Below, piece by piece: positions 40,344-52,557 of a stretch of DNA of 64,000 nt. Positions within the stretch are counted from its first letter, which is position 1, and each line of letters opens with the position of its first letter. The notes under the pieces were generated by a model. It did not search any database, had not been told where the DNA came from, and saw only the letters and a program-made list of their open reading frames with translations. Both the position numbers and the translations under genes were made by a program. Source of the stretch: Auanema rhodensis (lineage: Eukaryota; Animalia; Nematoda); the NCBI GenBank assembly GCA_964057225.1, contig OZ059898.1, positions 12,090,001-12,154,000 of the forward strand. Reading direction: 5' to 3'.

Positions 40344-40648
40344 GAAAGAAGAAACAATGATATTCATGTTGTAACATCAATTTGAATAAAGATTTCTTTA
40401 CCTATAATAAGAATAATTAAGAATATAGTTAGTATAGTTAACTGGATACAACTGCTTACACATCGTCAAAAATAATAATGGTATATATTCCTTTTCACCC
40501 TTCACTGATAGTAAATCGCAAAATCAATTACATGGCAAATATCTGAGAATGTAACTTGTTGAATCTTTATTGGCTAAAAATTCAAAAACTTATAATGTAA
40601 ATTCACATTGAAAAGTATATCATCGATCAACATTTCAAGTTGGGGTCC

Positions 40649-40882
40649 TTATTTCTGGCCATGGACTGGTGCTTTCTTATCAACTTTGCGAAAATCCGGA
40701 CGGGTTACAACATCCAGATTCACGGGTCCATCGCCTTTTGGAACATCCTGAGCTGGACCACGTGGTGTTTGCATTGGAAGTCCAGTAGCATTCTGCCAAT
40801 TGCCTTCATAGTCTTTAGAAATGTAGAATTGATCTCCAACCTTGCCGTCCTTGATATTTCGGGCAGGTGGTTTGTCAGCCAT
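40649..40882 (-). CDS. Intronless 77-aa hydrophilic protein of unknown function
   Basis: aattag-aaaa-ATG; GC-richer than its flanks; MADKPPARNIKDGKVGDQFYISKDYEGNWQNATGLPMQTPRGPAQDVPKGDGPVNLDVVTRPDFRKVDKKAPVHGQK*; upstream TATA and GATA sites. Confidence 0.7.
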   Translation of the reverse strand: MADKPPARNIKDGKVGDQFYISKDYEGNWQNATGLPMQTPRGPAQDVPKGDGPVNLDVVTRPDFRKVDKKAPVHGQK

Positions 40883-41178
40883 TTTTCTAATTTTAAATGT
40901 AATGAAACAATTAAAACATAAACCGATGAACAAAAAACCAAAGAAAGACACAAGTATGAAAACCATTATGTAGTTTTAACTAAAACTTAAGAAGAAGATC
41001 AGAAACAATAATTCAACTGATAATAAGCTTATATAGGCACTTCAGAAGTTGTTCCGATGTTTTATAGGCACTTGTTATCTCTTGTGTACGATCTTTCATC
41101 ATCAGATCAATTGGTGATTCATATTAGATAGTTCTTACCTTGTATGTAGTTTAAGCTGTGAACCTTAGTAATTTCAAA

Positions 41179-41604
41179 TTATTTTTAAAACTGAAATGAA
41201 TATATTAAGTTAATTATATTATTATATTATTATGTTATTTTTAGAAAAAAAAGTTCTAGAAAAACATATAACTTAGCTCTCTGTTAATAAATTATCAATT
41301 ATGGTATTACTGTAGTATGCAGGCTGCTATTGGTGGATTTTTGATTGGCCAATAGTAGGCGATTAACCAGCATACTACTTCAAATATAGTTAATGCGCTT
41401 CTTCATACACAACCTTCACAACATAGATTTCGTTGGTAAATAGTTTTTGTTTCTTTTAATAATTTCTGAGAATTTCCATGATTCAGGATTCAGATGGTTG
41501 ACAATATTTTGAAAAAATATGCAAAGTGGCTAGATTTTCCACGTAGGAAACAATGAAAATCATTTTTATTCGAAGTTTGAAAAGACGTGTAAGCGGTTGT
41601 ATCC
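41179..41604 (+). repeat. ~430-bp direct duplication, copy 2
   Basis: Matches 38796-39224 with a few substitutions. Confidence 0.92.
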
Positions 41605-42027
41605 GGTCAAAGCTTTATGATATCTACAGTATGATCATCATCTTCATTTTCAGTTCTTGGACAACCTTGTAGCCTTCAAACAGATTGCTCATCCTTTAGC
41701 TTAAAAATAAGAATTAAGAAAATCCTTATCTCTGTTAACACTCAAAATAATTTTTAAATATCCTTATCTCTTAAAGATAAATCCATCAATTAAGTGTTTA
41801 ATGACTTTCATTTCACAATATTTGTCCGTTTATAATAGAATTTGGTGAAAATTTATTATAAAAGTAATAATAATTAATTATATAAACAAATAAAATAATT
41901 ATAATTTATATATTTCTATTTATTAATTTCAAATTTTAAAAAAATAAAAAAATATTACAATGAATTAAAGCTTAAATGTTATTTTCTATGTATATTTATA
42001 TAAAATAATATGAATTTTTATAATTTT

Positions 42028-43282
42028 TTATGAAAAATTAATTGTATTTGTTTGTATTCTACAAAATTCTTTTTTTAATATTTCTTTAACCTAAAAAATA
42101 AAAAAAATAAAAAAAAATAAAATAAAAGAATATAAACTTCTCGATTTGTTAATAAAAAAATAATTGCATTTGTACTACTGTGTAATGAAACGAATATGGA
42201 TGTTAACATAAGCCATGAAGTTGAAACTCCAAGTTTTATTAAAATTGGCCAAATTTGGAATTGTATCCAAGTACATGAATAAACTATTGAAATTAATCCA
42301 AATTGTATTGTATACCTGAATTATTAGAAAATTTAAAATTATACTATGTTGTTTAGTTGAAACATACATATATTCTTTTCGTTTTCGTTGACTTTTAACA
42401 GCTTGACTAAGTCCTAATCCAGATGAAGTTTTCTTTACATATATAAATATCTTAATTATTATAATTATATATTAAATATATATTTATATTTTATATAATT
42501 TACTATTATATAACAAACTATACACGTAATTGAAGCTGTTGAATCAAGTGGTATATCAATATAGATATTTGAATAATTTATTATATTTTTAATTGTATTA
42601 TATGAATATGCATGTATTATTGGATCAATTACAAGTCTTAAAACTTATTTTAATAATGCTCAAGTTTTAATTTAAAACTTACGCACAACATGGAAATATA
42701 AATTGATCAAGGATAGTAATGGTTAACGCTATAATCACTTGTAAAATAACTATAATACGAACAACTTTAAAGGTAAAAATATTATAAAAAGGAAAACACA
42801 CAACGGTTAATCTAAAATTTTATTTTTTCAAAAAGAAAGTTTTATTCAAGTTTATCAAGTTTATACCTGTTAATTGCCATAAATAGTTGACAAAACGTCA
42901 TATTATTCCAAGCAAAAACAAACATAAAAGAAATAAATCGAACAAATGGATCATTTCTTCCTCCAGGGAATAACCAACTCTAAAAAGTTTTTTATAAGAT
43001 TCAACAAAAAAAAAATATTTACATCTAATGAATAAGCCGGAATCGTATATCCAATACTAAATATAAGAAGGGTAGCATCAGCTATAAGATTTGAGAAAGC
43101 AATTGTATAAATAGGAGAAGATTTAGTTCTTAAATTTTTCTTTTTTTTTTAGAAAATAATTATATTTAAACTTACTTAAAACATAATTTAGTAACTGAAT
43201 ATAATACTATTAATGATAATAATAAACCAAAACAATTAATAAATATAAATATTGATAGTAAAACTGTTTTTAACATCAACAT
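42028..43282 (-). CDS. Serpentine chemoreceptor, srx class
   Basis: Spliced model MLMLKTVLL...IYTIAFSNLIAD...FAWNNMTFCQLFMAINRLTVVCFP...FPCC...YTIQFGLIS...NAIIFLLTNREVKE...FS*. Confidence 0.85.
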
Positions 43283-43784
43283 TAAGCTGAATAAAACTAT
43301 TTGAAAATACTATATTTCATTAATAACTACAATAATTATAAATAGTACAATTAGTTATTTGAATATTTTTCCCAATTTTGTAGAAAAAACGAAATGAAAA
43401 ATGAAATAAAAGATTTAAGTTTTAGAAGAATTGAATCAAACTTGATGAGCATTAAGTAAAAGATACATTTTAAGAAATATAAAATAAATAAATGATTTTA
43501 ATATTTTATTTTAAAATAATTATAATTAAATAATTAAATAATTAATTATATTTTAATATTATTTAAATTTATATGAAATAAATTATAAGAATAAACATTT
43601 ATTATATTTTCTATTAAAATTTTAATTTTTAATTATTTTAATTTTATTAAAATTTATGAAAATTTACAGTTGTTAATCATATCTATCTATCCACGATTAT
43701 TTCAAATATTGAATTAGCTGTCTATAGAATTTGAAATGAAAATTTGGTCATTCAAACGACAATTTTACGATTTTATCAGCATTG

Positions 43785-44259
43785 ATGATGACATTATTGA
43801 AATTACCTCGAAAAAGTTTTCAAATTTTCTTTTACGGTAAACGAATTGTTTTTGAATTTTCTTAAATATTATTCTACACAGCATGTCTAATTGTATTATT
43901 GATATCAATTTTTATAATTTTGGATTTTCTTATACAATCACGAAGAATGAAAAATTCTCAGAAAATATTAGATGATTTTAGTGTAAGTTATATTATAAAT
44001 TAATAAAATTATATTTATTTAAATTTTATTTTTTTTTTTTTAAAAATTCATTTTAATTTATAAATTTTTAGAATTATGAAGATTTATTTGATGATGAAAG
44101 CTTTGATCTGGAAGATTCTGAATTGGTTTTCTGAATTTTTATATTTTGAATTTATTTTTTTATTTTTAGAGAGAATTAGGATTAAATTCTAAAGAAATTG
44201 ATGCAATTCTTAAACTATATCAATCAAAACCAAAACTTGGAATTGGAAAAGAATATTGA
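43785..44259 (+). CDS. Putative 98-aa membrane-anchored protein, 4 exons
   Basis: Exons 43785-43836, 43882-43982, 44072-44125 and 44170-44259 give MMTLLKLPRKSFQIFFYACLIVLLISIFIILDFLIQSRRMKNSQKILDDFSNYEDLFDDESFDLEDSELRELGLNSKEIDAILKLYQSKPKLGIGKEY*; AATAAA at ~44314. Confidence 0.55.
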
Positions 44260-44452
44260 AATTTTCAATTTTTTATTCATTTACCATGTATGAAAGAAAT
44301 ATTCAAAATTTCTAATAAAATACTTTTTGTATGTAATTTGAAAAAATAAAAATTTATTTTGAATTAACTATACTAACTATATTCTTAATTATTTTCTTAA
44401 AAATCTTTATTCAAATTGATGTTACAACATGAATATCATTGTTTCTTCTTTC

Positions 44453-44803
44453 TTACCAACCATTGGCATCCCAGCACTTCATGGTGTGGTTGAATTCTTG
44501 GACAGTCATACAGCACCTGGAATGAGATCAAGTTGAAACTTGAAGTAAGAACTTGAAGCTTTACATGTAGTAGTTGTTGTTACAGTTGTGCATCTGAATA
44601 TCAAGACATCTCTTATAACACTTGTCAGCACACCAGGTTTCTCTCCAGCTGAAAAGCTCAAAGTAAGGTTAGAAACTCAGAAGATACAACGTTTGAGGGA
44701 TGGAAGCTTCACAGTTAGATCCAGCAAGAGTTCCGTGACAATAGTCAACGCAGGAAGCATAAGCAGCAGCAATGCAGACAGCAAGAACGATGAGGAGTTT
44801 CAT
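44453..44803 (-). CDS. Secreted 10-cysteine peptide, 86 aa (copy P2-left)
   Basis: Same exon structure; only silent and intronic differences from P1-right. Confidence 0.85.
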
Positions 44804-45128
44804 TCTGAAAGTTTCAATTTCAAGTTGGAAAGTTGAAAAGTTGGAAAGCCTGAAGCTGGAGAATCGTTGAATGAACTAGATGTGATGATTTAAACTGCAC
44901 AGTCAGAGGTCTTATATACTTGGATAAGCATCGGTGGGAGCTTAATCTCATGCTGTTTCCAACAACAACTTTTAGTTTTTCGGATTTGGGGTCCCATTGA
45001 GAAATTAAATTTTGAATTTCTTTATAAGGTGAATCTTCCTTTAACACTACATCCAGTTCATCCAACGATTCTCCAGCTTCAAGCTTTTCAACTTTTCAAC
45101 TTTCCAACTTGAAATTAAAACTTTCAGA

Positions 45129-45479
45129 ATGAAACTCCTCATCGTTCTTGCTGTCTGCATTGCTGCTGCATATGCTTCCTGCGTTGACTACTGTCATGGA
45201 ACTCTTGCTGGATCTAACTGTGAAGCTTCCATCCCTCAAACGTTGTATCTTCTGAGTTTCTAACCTTACTTTGAGCTTTTCAGCTGGAGAGAAACCTGGT
45301 GTGCTGACAAGTGTTATAAGAGATGTCTTGATATTCAGATGCACAACTGTAACAACAACTACTACATGTAAAGCTTCAAGTTTTGACTTCAAGTACCAAC
45401 TTGATCTCATTCCAGGTGTTGTATGACTGTCCAAGAATTCAACCACACCATGAAGTGCTGGGATGCCAATGGTTGGTAA
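45129..45479 (+). CDS. Secreted 10-cysteine peptide, 86 aa (copy P2-right)
   Basis: Same exon structure; silent changes GCT>GCA, TAT>TAC, CAC>CAT. Confidence 0.88.
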
Positions 45480-47818
45480 GAAAGAAGAAACAATGATATT
45501 CATGTTGTAACATCAATTTGAATAAAGATTTCTTTACCTATAATAAGAATAATTAAGAATATAGTTAGTATAGTTAACTGGATACAACCGCTTACACGTC
45601 GTTATCTTTTAAAAATAATATTTTATGGTTATTCGAGTTAGAAATATTCCGTGTCATATTTGTTTAAACCGAAAATTAAATGAAAACTTTTTCTGGATGA
45701 GGTTAGTATTGGAAAAAAAAATTGAAAAGAATATTCATATAAACAGATGTTTATAATTATTTTTAATTATTATAGAATTGTCTACAATCAGCTATTGAAA
45801 GTGCTAATGCAGATACACTAAATACTATACGAACATCATTTACTTCTTATAATAAAAATCTTTTATTCTCAATAATTACCAAATTTTAATTTTTTTTTCT
45901 CAATTTCAACATAAAATGTGATTCATCTTAGTTTTCTTGTTTTTCTCAGACATTTCTCATAATTCATCTGTCACGCTTAAGCTGTCGTCGCTTAATCATA
46001 GACTCCTGAACGACAAAAGCCTTTCCTTATATGAGGGGCTCTAAGACAGTTGATAATTGGCTGAAACGAACACCTGTCCAACGAAGTATCGTTTGCATCT
46101 TATTGCTATATCTAAATATACCTATATGTATGTATTTATAACTAGATCAAGATCTATATATAGCATTGTTTTTTTTTTTTTTGAAATTAACATCTATAAG
46201 TTTTTGAATTGAAAACAAATGTTTCTATTATCTATTTTAGTTCCAAAATTCTATTTTTTTTTATTTTCATTTCCAAAAAAAGAAAAATTCAAATTTTCTC
46301 TACCTCTTTTTCACATATGCATGTATGTATGTAGAATCAAACATCACAAGTCTTGGCCTGATGTTTTTAAAGATTGTCTCTGAGTGTTTGAAGAAGAAAA
46401 GAAATTGCTGATCGCAGATAATCTTTGAATTTTAATTAAAGGACAAAGACTTTTTTTTCTTTGATTTTTTCTAAGATTAGCTGTACTAGCTGTTATATAG
46501 TGAAAGTTCAAATTGGAATGGGGCTTTTGATGCTTAACATATTACCATGCTCAATCAGTACTTTTGCTTTTATTCTAGCCCTCTTCTGAGTGAAGGCCTT
46601 GGCTCGAATTTTGAATTGTCTGTCTAATCATGCGCATTTTCCCTCAGTTTCTCCTCATTTCATACACATTTTCTTGCATTCTCTGACGTGTATGCAAATT
46701 ATTTGTGAACGTGCTCCTGTGACTTGTGAAATGAACGTCCGGATTCGGAAATCTTGAACTACATCAACGTTTCACAAGTGTTACAACTCTGTTTATATTT
46801 ATTTAATATGTTCAATTATATATTTCAATTTTTGTTGGAAATGAATAAGATTGAATGAAGTAGACGATGAAGCTAGATGACTGGCATAAGATAGCCGACT
46901 CAACGTAATTCTTCATTCTATGCGCAACCAAGAGAAAGACAGAGAGAGAGAGAGTTATCAGATTTCATTAACTTATACCACATAGGACATTCTATAAATC
47001 ACATGGAGAATAGAGACAGCTTACAATTGCCTTATATTGATTTCATTCAAAGTCATTAGGACAAACATATGGGTACACGGTAAACCGAACAACCGCATAT
47101 TTCTCTTCTTGCTCATATCTACCCTGGCATTCCCTTTTATGTGATTTGTATTCAGATTTCCCGCACAAAATGTTAGAACTAAGCTTAATTGGAATAATAT
47201 AAATGCTATACGTTATTTGTTACGAGAACGTATGAAGAATGGTTCATACAACATACATTGTCCTTTTTCTCTTTATTTTTACTGAAAATCAGAATATAGT
47301 AGACGATTGTTTTTACGTCTAAGATGATAACTCAATTCCACATTTTCATTCATAATATTTGTTAAAGCATAATTAGCTCTAAGATTGTCCTTTTTTCACG
47401 TGAAAACTTAAAAATATGAAAGTTTTAAACAGATGTGAAGACGAGAAAGCTCTTAAAGGTCACTAAATTATATATTAGCTTTAGTTGTAAGTCTGTTCAT
47501 TGAAATAGATTGAAAATGTTTTGAGAAAAGGTGAACACATAGTACACAAAGATGAACAGCTTAATGAATAGGTGAATCTTTAATATTTTCTCTATAGAAT
47601 AGAATATTATATAGGTATGATCATATAGTATTGCTAATTAAGAGTGTACTAGACCAACACAAAAAGGCAGATGGTAACCCTTCAACACTAGCCTGATGCC
47701 GTCTGCCTGTGCTCTTCCCTCATCTCCTCAGTATTGCCCTGTTATTTCGTCTCTCTTCTTCATTTATGGCATTGTCATAGAATAAGCGTGCAAGAGAGCA
47801 AAAAAGAGAAAGCTAGAA

Positions 47819-47825
47819 AGAGAGA

Positions 47826-47872
<47 letters not shown>
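47819..47872. repeat. (GA)n microsatellite
   Basis: agagagag... run. Confidence 0.9.
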
Positions 47873-47875
<3 letters not shown>

Positions 47876-50800
47876 GAGAGAGGTAGAGAAGGAAAGACGG
47901 TGAGATGATGAGGGAGGAGCAGAGCTGGACTAGATGAGAGGAAGATGACATGGTCATTCCTATTCGAAATCTTGCGCATGAATTTTGAGTTAAACGACTG
48001 AACGAAATGTTCTGAACTTGTTTGACTTCCTCTTTTGCTCCACTTCCTTACTTGTTCTTTTCTCTTCCTTGTTTATCTCTTTACTCTGCTTTTGTCTTGT
48101 TGCCCCTCTTTGTCCCTCTTATCACTTCTAACTTGATCTCATATTATGTGTTTTTCCACAAAACCTTTGAATAGATTGTCCAAGAATATTAGCATTTGAG
48201 GAAGCACCATAATTCATTTTCATTCAAATTTACATAAATATTTTCTTCAACAATTGCCTCAGTTTGTTATTTGCTTTTTCTGACTTTTGGCTAGTACTTT
48301 GAGGTTCGCATAATTCTTCTGCTTATTCGTTGAATGTTTAGAGAAAAAAAAAAGTTTGATGGTTATTTCACTCAGCCAACATAGTTTACTTTTTTGAAGA
48401 GACGAAAGAAAATATTTTTTTTTTGCTTCGACTTCCATTATGCTTTCCATTTATTTTTTTGACTATACTTTTATTGAGTTACATGATTCTTCCTTGTTTT
48501 CTTACGTTTTCTATCCGTAAATGCCTTTCCAACTTTATTCTGAAACAGATAAGAAGCTAAAGTAGTTGTTTAACTATTTTCTATCTAAATTGCTTGATTT
48601 ATCCCATTTTTTTGGTCGTTTCCTCCATCTATTCACTGAAAGTTTCTATCGACTATAGCAAAGTCTTAGATATATATATACATTAACGATGTATAAGCCT
48701 AGAATGTCTCCATTTCACTACATATAGTTTATTTCTTTTCATCTTAGATCAACTACCTACCAGCTTGTAGCGGATTACTTCTAATCAGCAACATATATTA
48801 GTAAGCTATGACTTGAATACCTATATAATTCCTTTAACTATATGATTTGAGATATATGACTATCCATATATCATGCTGTCATTTTCTCTGAATATTTACT
48901 AATATTTCTATTCTAGTTATATGCCTAGCTTTCAAATAATTCTAAATCTTTTCACATTTCTTCTTTTGATTCCTTTTTGCCGCATACACATACATATTCA
49001 CTCACTCAGATATATATACACACAGATTTTCTTAATAATTAGACAAATGGCATTTTTAATTTCCACATGAATATAACTTATTCTATTATTATAGTGCTGC
49101 ATGTTGCTTCAATCATGCTCTACAGCTATATGAGCATAACAGCATAGAGAAGCCTTGAGAGATTGAGATACTGATCTATCTTTCCGATACACTATACATG
49201 TATAAAGGTCCTTCTCCTCCTTTCAGTCGAAGACATGAGGCTTCTTTCATCTGCTGGTAACACTATACATTACCCTTAGGCTCCCACCCTTTGCTCCCTT
49301 TCTCCAGTTATTACTTATGACAATCTTTTTCACTTTCTCTTTAAACTTTGTACTATCTTCTTTCTTGTAAATCATGTACATTCCAAGGATTCACGTGTTT
49401 TAACCTGATCCATCTGATCTACTTGGACTCGATATACATGTCTTCGTTTTCGACTAATATCCAACTTGTTTTCATTCAAACTTGGAGCATTCTTTAAATT
49501 TCCTTGTTTATCCCCCTGATTCTCAGCCACGTTGTCCACGATAAGCATAACCAAGTTATCCTCAAAAGCATTCACTTTAAATTCTTAGAACATTGAGGAT
49601 CAAATACGATTCCAAAAAAATTCCAAATGTTTTTTTTTGTTTTTTCCTTCCCTTCAAATGAAAAAAATATTCGGAATTGTCAAGCTGGCAACATCCAGCT
49701 TTAACCTTACAATTATATTTTTTGTGCATCAGCTTTCTTCTTCCTTTTTTTGTTCATTTTTCCGCTTTTTTTTGATATTTTTCTTGTTCGACTCTTCAAG
49801 ATTCTATCATTCGTTGCAAATGAATTTTTATGCTTTTCCCGTATTTCTCATATAAAAGTAAGATAACTGAATTTTTATTATATTTTACATTTAATAATAA
49901 TATTATTATTTTTATATATTATATGTTTATTAACTATATGAAGTTTTGAGATTATAATGTTTCTCAAAATAAACATATATAGTTAACTAATTTTGCTCTT
50001 GAATTAGGTAATTTTTTCCTTTTTTTTTCTTTTTCAAACCTAAAAAAATGATTTTCTTTGTTTGAAAGGTGCTCATTCATGAAATGATAATTGAGTATAA
50101 TGAATGTGTGATTTGCTTTCTTGATGAGATACATGTATGTATATGAGTATATGAAAGAAAATGCCAACAACTGACTATGTTTGGACAATGTCCGGTCATG
50201 AGAAGTTTTCCATCACTTCTTCTTATTATTATTAATTCTTCTTTCATTTCTACAAATATATTCATTACTGATCTCTTTGTTAGTTTAGTTCAAAGCCTCT
50301 TGCATGTATTTGATTATAATGCTCTTCGATAATAGCTACGATGTTACAACTTGGTCACAAAAATCTCTGCATTCTTCATCCTCATATTCCATTGTCTATT
50401 TCTCATTTTATCAAATTTTCTTTTCTTCTATCGTTTGACCATTTCATTTGTTTTTTTTTTCCAATTTGCCTTCGGCCATAATCAGAATAAGGCAAAATTG
50501 TTCTCGACCATTTCTCCAACCCCAAACACCGCATGACTTCCTTTCACCCCTCAGTCGTCTGCTCATCCCTCTCTTGGTCACACGTTTCTCACCAGCATCG
50601 TCATAACCATACTCAGCCCACCAGCCATATACTCCTCACTTTCAACACACACACACACACACACACCTAATATCTTCTGTTGATACATGTTTCAAATAAG
50701 CTTTTTATCTAACAATATTCTTTGAACTAAATAGAAGAATATTCTTAGTTGGCTCTTGCTTCTCCAAATAGATTCATTTCATTTTCTCAATAAAGACAAT

Positions 50801-52557
50801 GAGCAGCGAATGCGCAGCATTTTTCATTTATTACCACCTCATGCTCGTCCTTTTCCAGTCAAGCTACAATGATTTTCGGCCAAATTCTCATTTCCTTTTT
50901 TGGGCGGATAAGAAACTGAAGATTGTGTAGGCAACAAATGCTTCTTCTCCACTTTAAACATGTTGTTGGTACTCGAAAAGTTACGAGATTTTAATCAGAT
51001 GAATATTAAGTATATGAAGTATTTTAACTTTTTCGTTTGTGCTGTCATTCTTGTTTATTTATCTTTTATCTTTTATCATTACACGATTGCTGGTTTCTCT
51101 AACTCATAACTAACTATACCTTGCCGGCTGATAATCATGGCTAATTCGCCAAGGAATATGATGAAAGTGATAGCATATATTTTTGCTAAACAACCTCTAA
51201 TACCTACATACATAGCTTATATGCTCGATTGACGACTACTATTTGAAAGCTTTGAAGTTATCATCCGTATTCTACTAATACTATTGCTGAATAATTCATT
51301 GTTTCTCTTTTCTTTCTTTTACATCATTCAAATTCCTCATCAGCTCGTATTTGAAAATGAGACCGAGGACATACAACTGCCCTCCTCTCCGCTTCAGCCT
51401 CCCAGTACGTCTGAATTTCTACCAGTCGTTCAGCCTTCTTCTAACCTCTTGATTCCATGTGCTCTTTGACAGACATTTAGTGTCAGATGATGAGGACGAT
51501 GACAAGCATGGCCATGTGCATAGAAAAGGCTTGGCACAAAATTTCAAACTAAGCTTCATCTCAACGCTAAAGAAACATTCCCTGGTTATGTATTTGGACA
51601 AAGTATTCACATCACATAGCTATTACTAAAGCGGTCATCAACTGCTTCATTCGCTTTCTAATTTTTGCCATTTCCTTCATTTTTATTCATTTTCTGGTTA
51701 AATTTGAATGTTACTTAATCAGCATAAATCTCATTTCACGTTTATATGTATTTTACGTGAAACTTACATTTTGAGAAATGCATGACGTACACACGGTTGT
51801 TTTTTTATTGTTTTTCAATTATTTTGCATCGTTCATCATGTGATCATGAGTATACTCTTTTCTACTTTTTTTTCATAGAAAATATAAGTAATAACAATGA
51901 ATCTGAACTTCTTGTAAAGTTCATCTTCCAAATTTCAGGCAAATAACAATGTTTCCATCACATTTTTTTCTTAATTGTTAGATAATTATAAGTTTCCGAA
52001 TAACCTATTCCATGTTCTAGAAGCAAGCTCAATCTACGCACTTTCATGTCACACATCTCCTAACTATCAGCATGCTTTTGCTTGCTTACTATTCTGGGCA
52101 TTCCAATGTTCACTCTTTTTCTCTCTCTCTCTTCCCATTTTACTCGTTTGCTTTTTCTCTCATAAAATTCAATTCTGAAGCATCATAAAAGTTGACAAGC
52201 CAATGCGAATAATGCTTGCTCGTTTGTCGTTGTCGTCCTTGTCGTCAACTATGAGCTCAGCCTTCCTCCCTACCCCAATCTATCCTTCCACCCTGCGCTT
52301 ACTTCCAATAGTTCTGAACCATAGCTGACCATGATGTCCATAAGTTGAAGCAGATCCTCTTGACCAGTCTCTTTTCAAAGCTGCAATTATGGACTTCCGG
52401 AGCAATTTCACATTTTAATATTTTTTGTCAATTGTCAACTCTCAGCTTGGCTTCAAGCATTATTCAAACTTGTTCACAATATGTTGCAGTTGTTTCATCT
52501 TATTCCAACTTCTAACAGTTTTTAAATGATATATTTCAGGCTTTTCATGACGCTTAG

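Larger units (their letters stand above)
39204..40463. repeat. Palindrome 1: ~545-bp inverted arms (39204-39747 / 39913-40463) around a ~165-bp unique core
   Basis: The arms are reverse complements from gacgtgtaagcggttgtatcc inward. Confidence 0.95.
44364..45600. repeat. Palindrome 2, a direct copy of palindrome 1 with a truncated outer left end
   Basis: The core at ~44884-45048 matches the palindrome 1 core; the right arm ends in ggatacaaccgcttacacgtc. Confidence 0.95.

Noticed and set aside
39204-40463. Palindromes as MITE/DNA transposons with long TIRs
   Set aside because: The arms are intact intron-containing genes under apparent purifying selection; no TSD or transposase was seen
39460-45503. 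ORF-track frames 39460-39708, 39672-39929, 39960-40367, 44588-44836, 44820-45065 and 45096-45503
   Set aside because: They are antisense to the spliced peptide genes or cross the promoter core; the variant pattern is synonymous in the spliced sense frame
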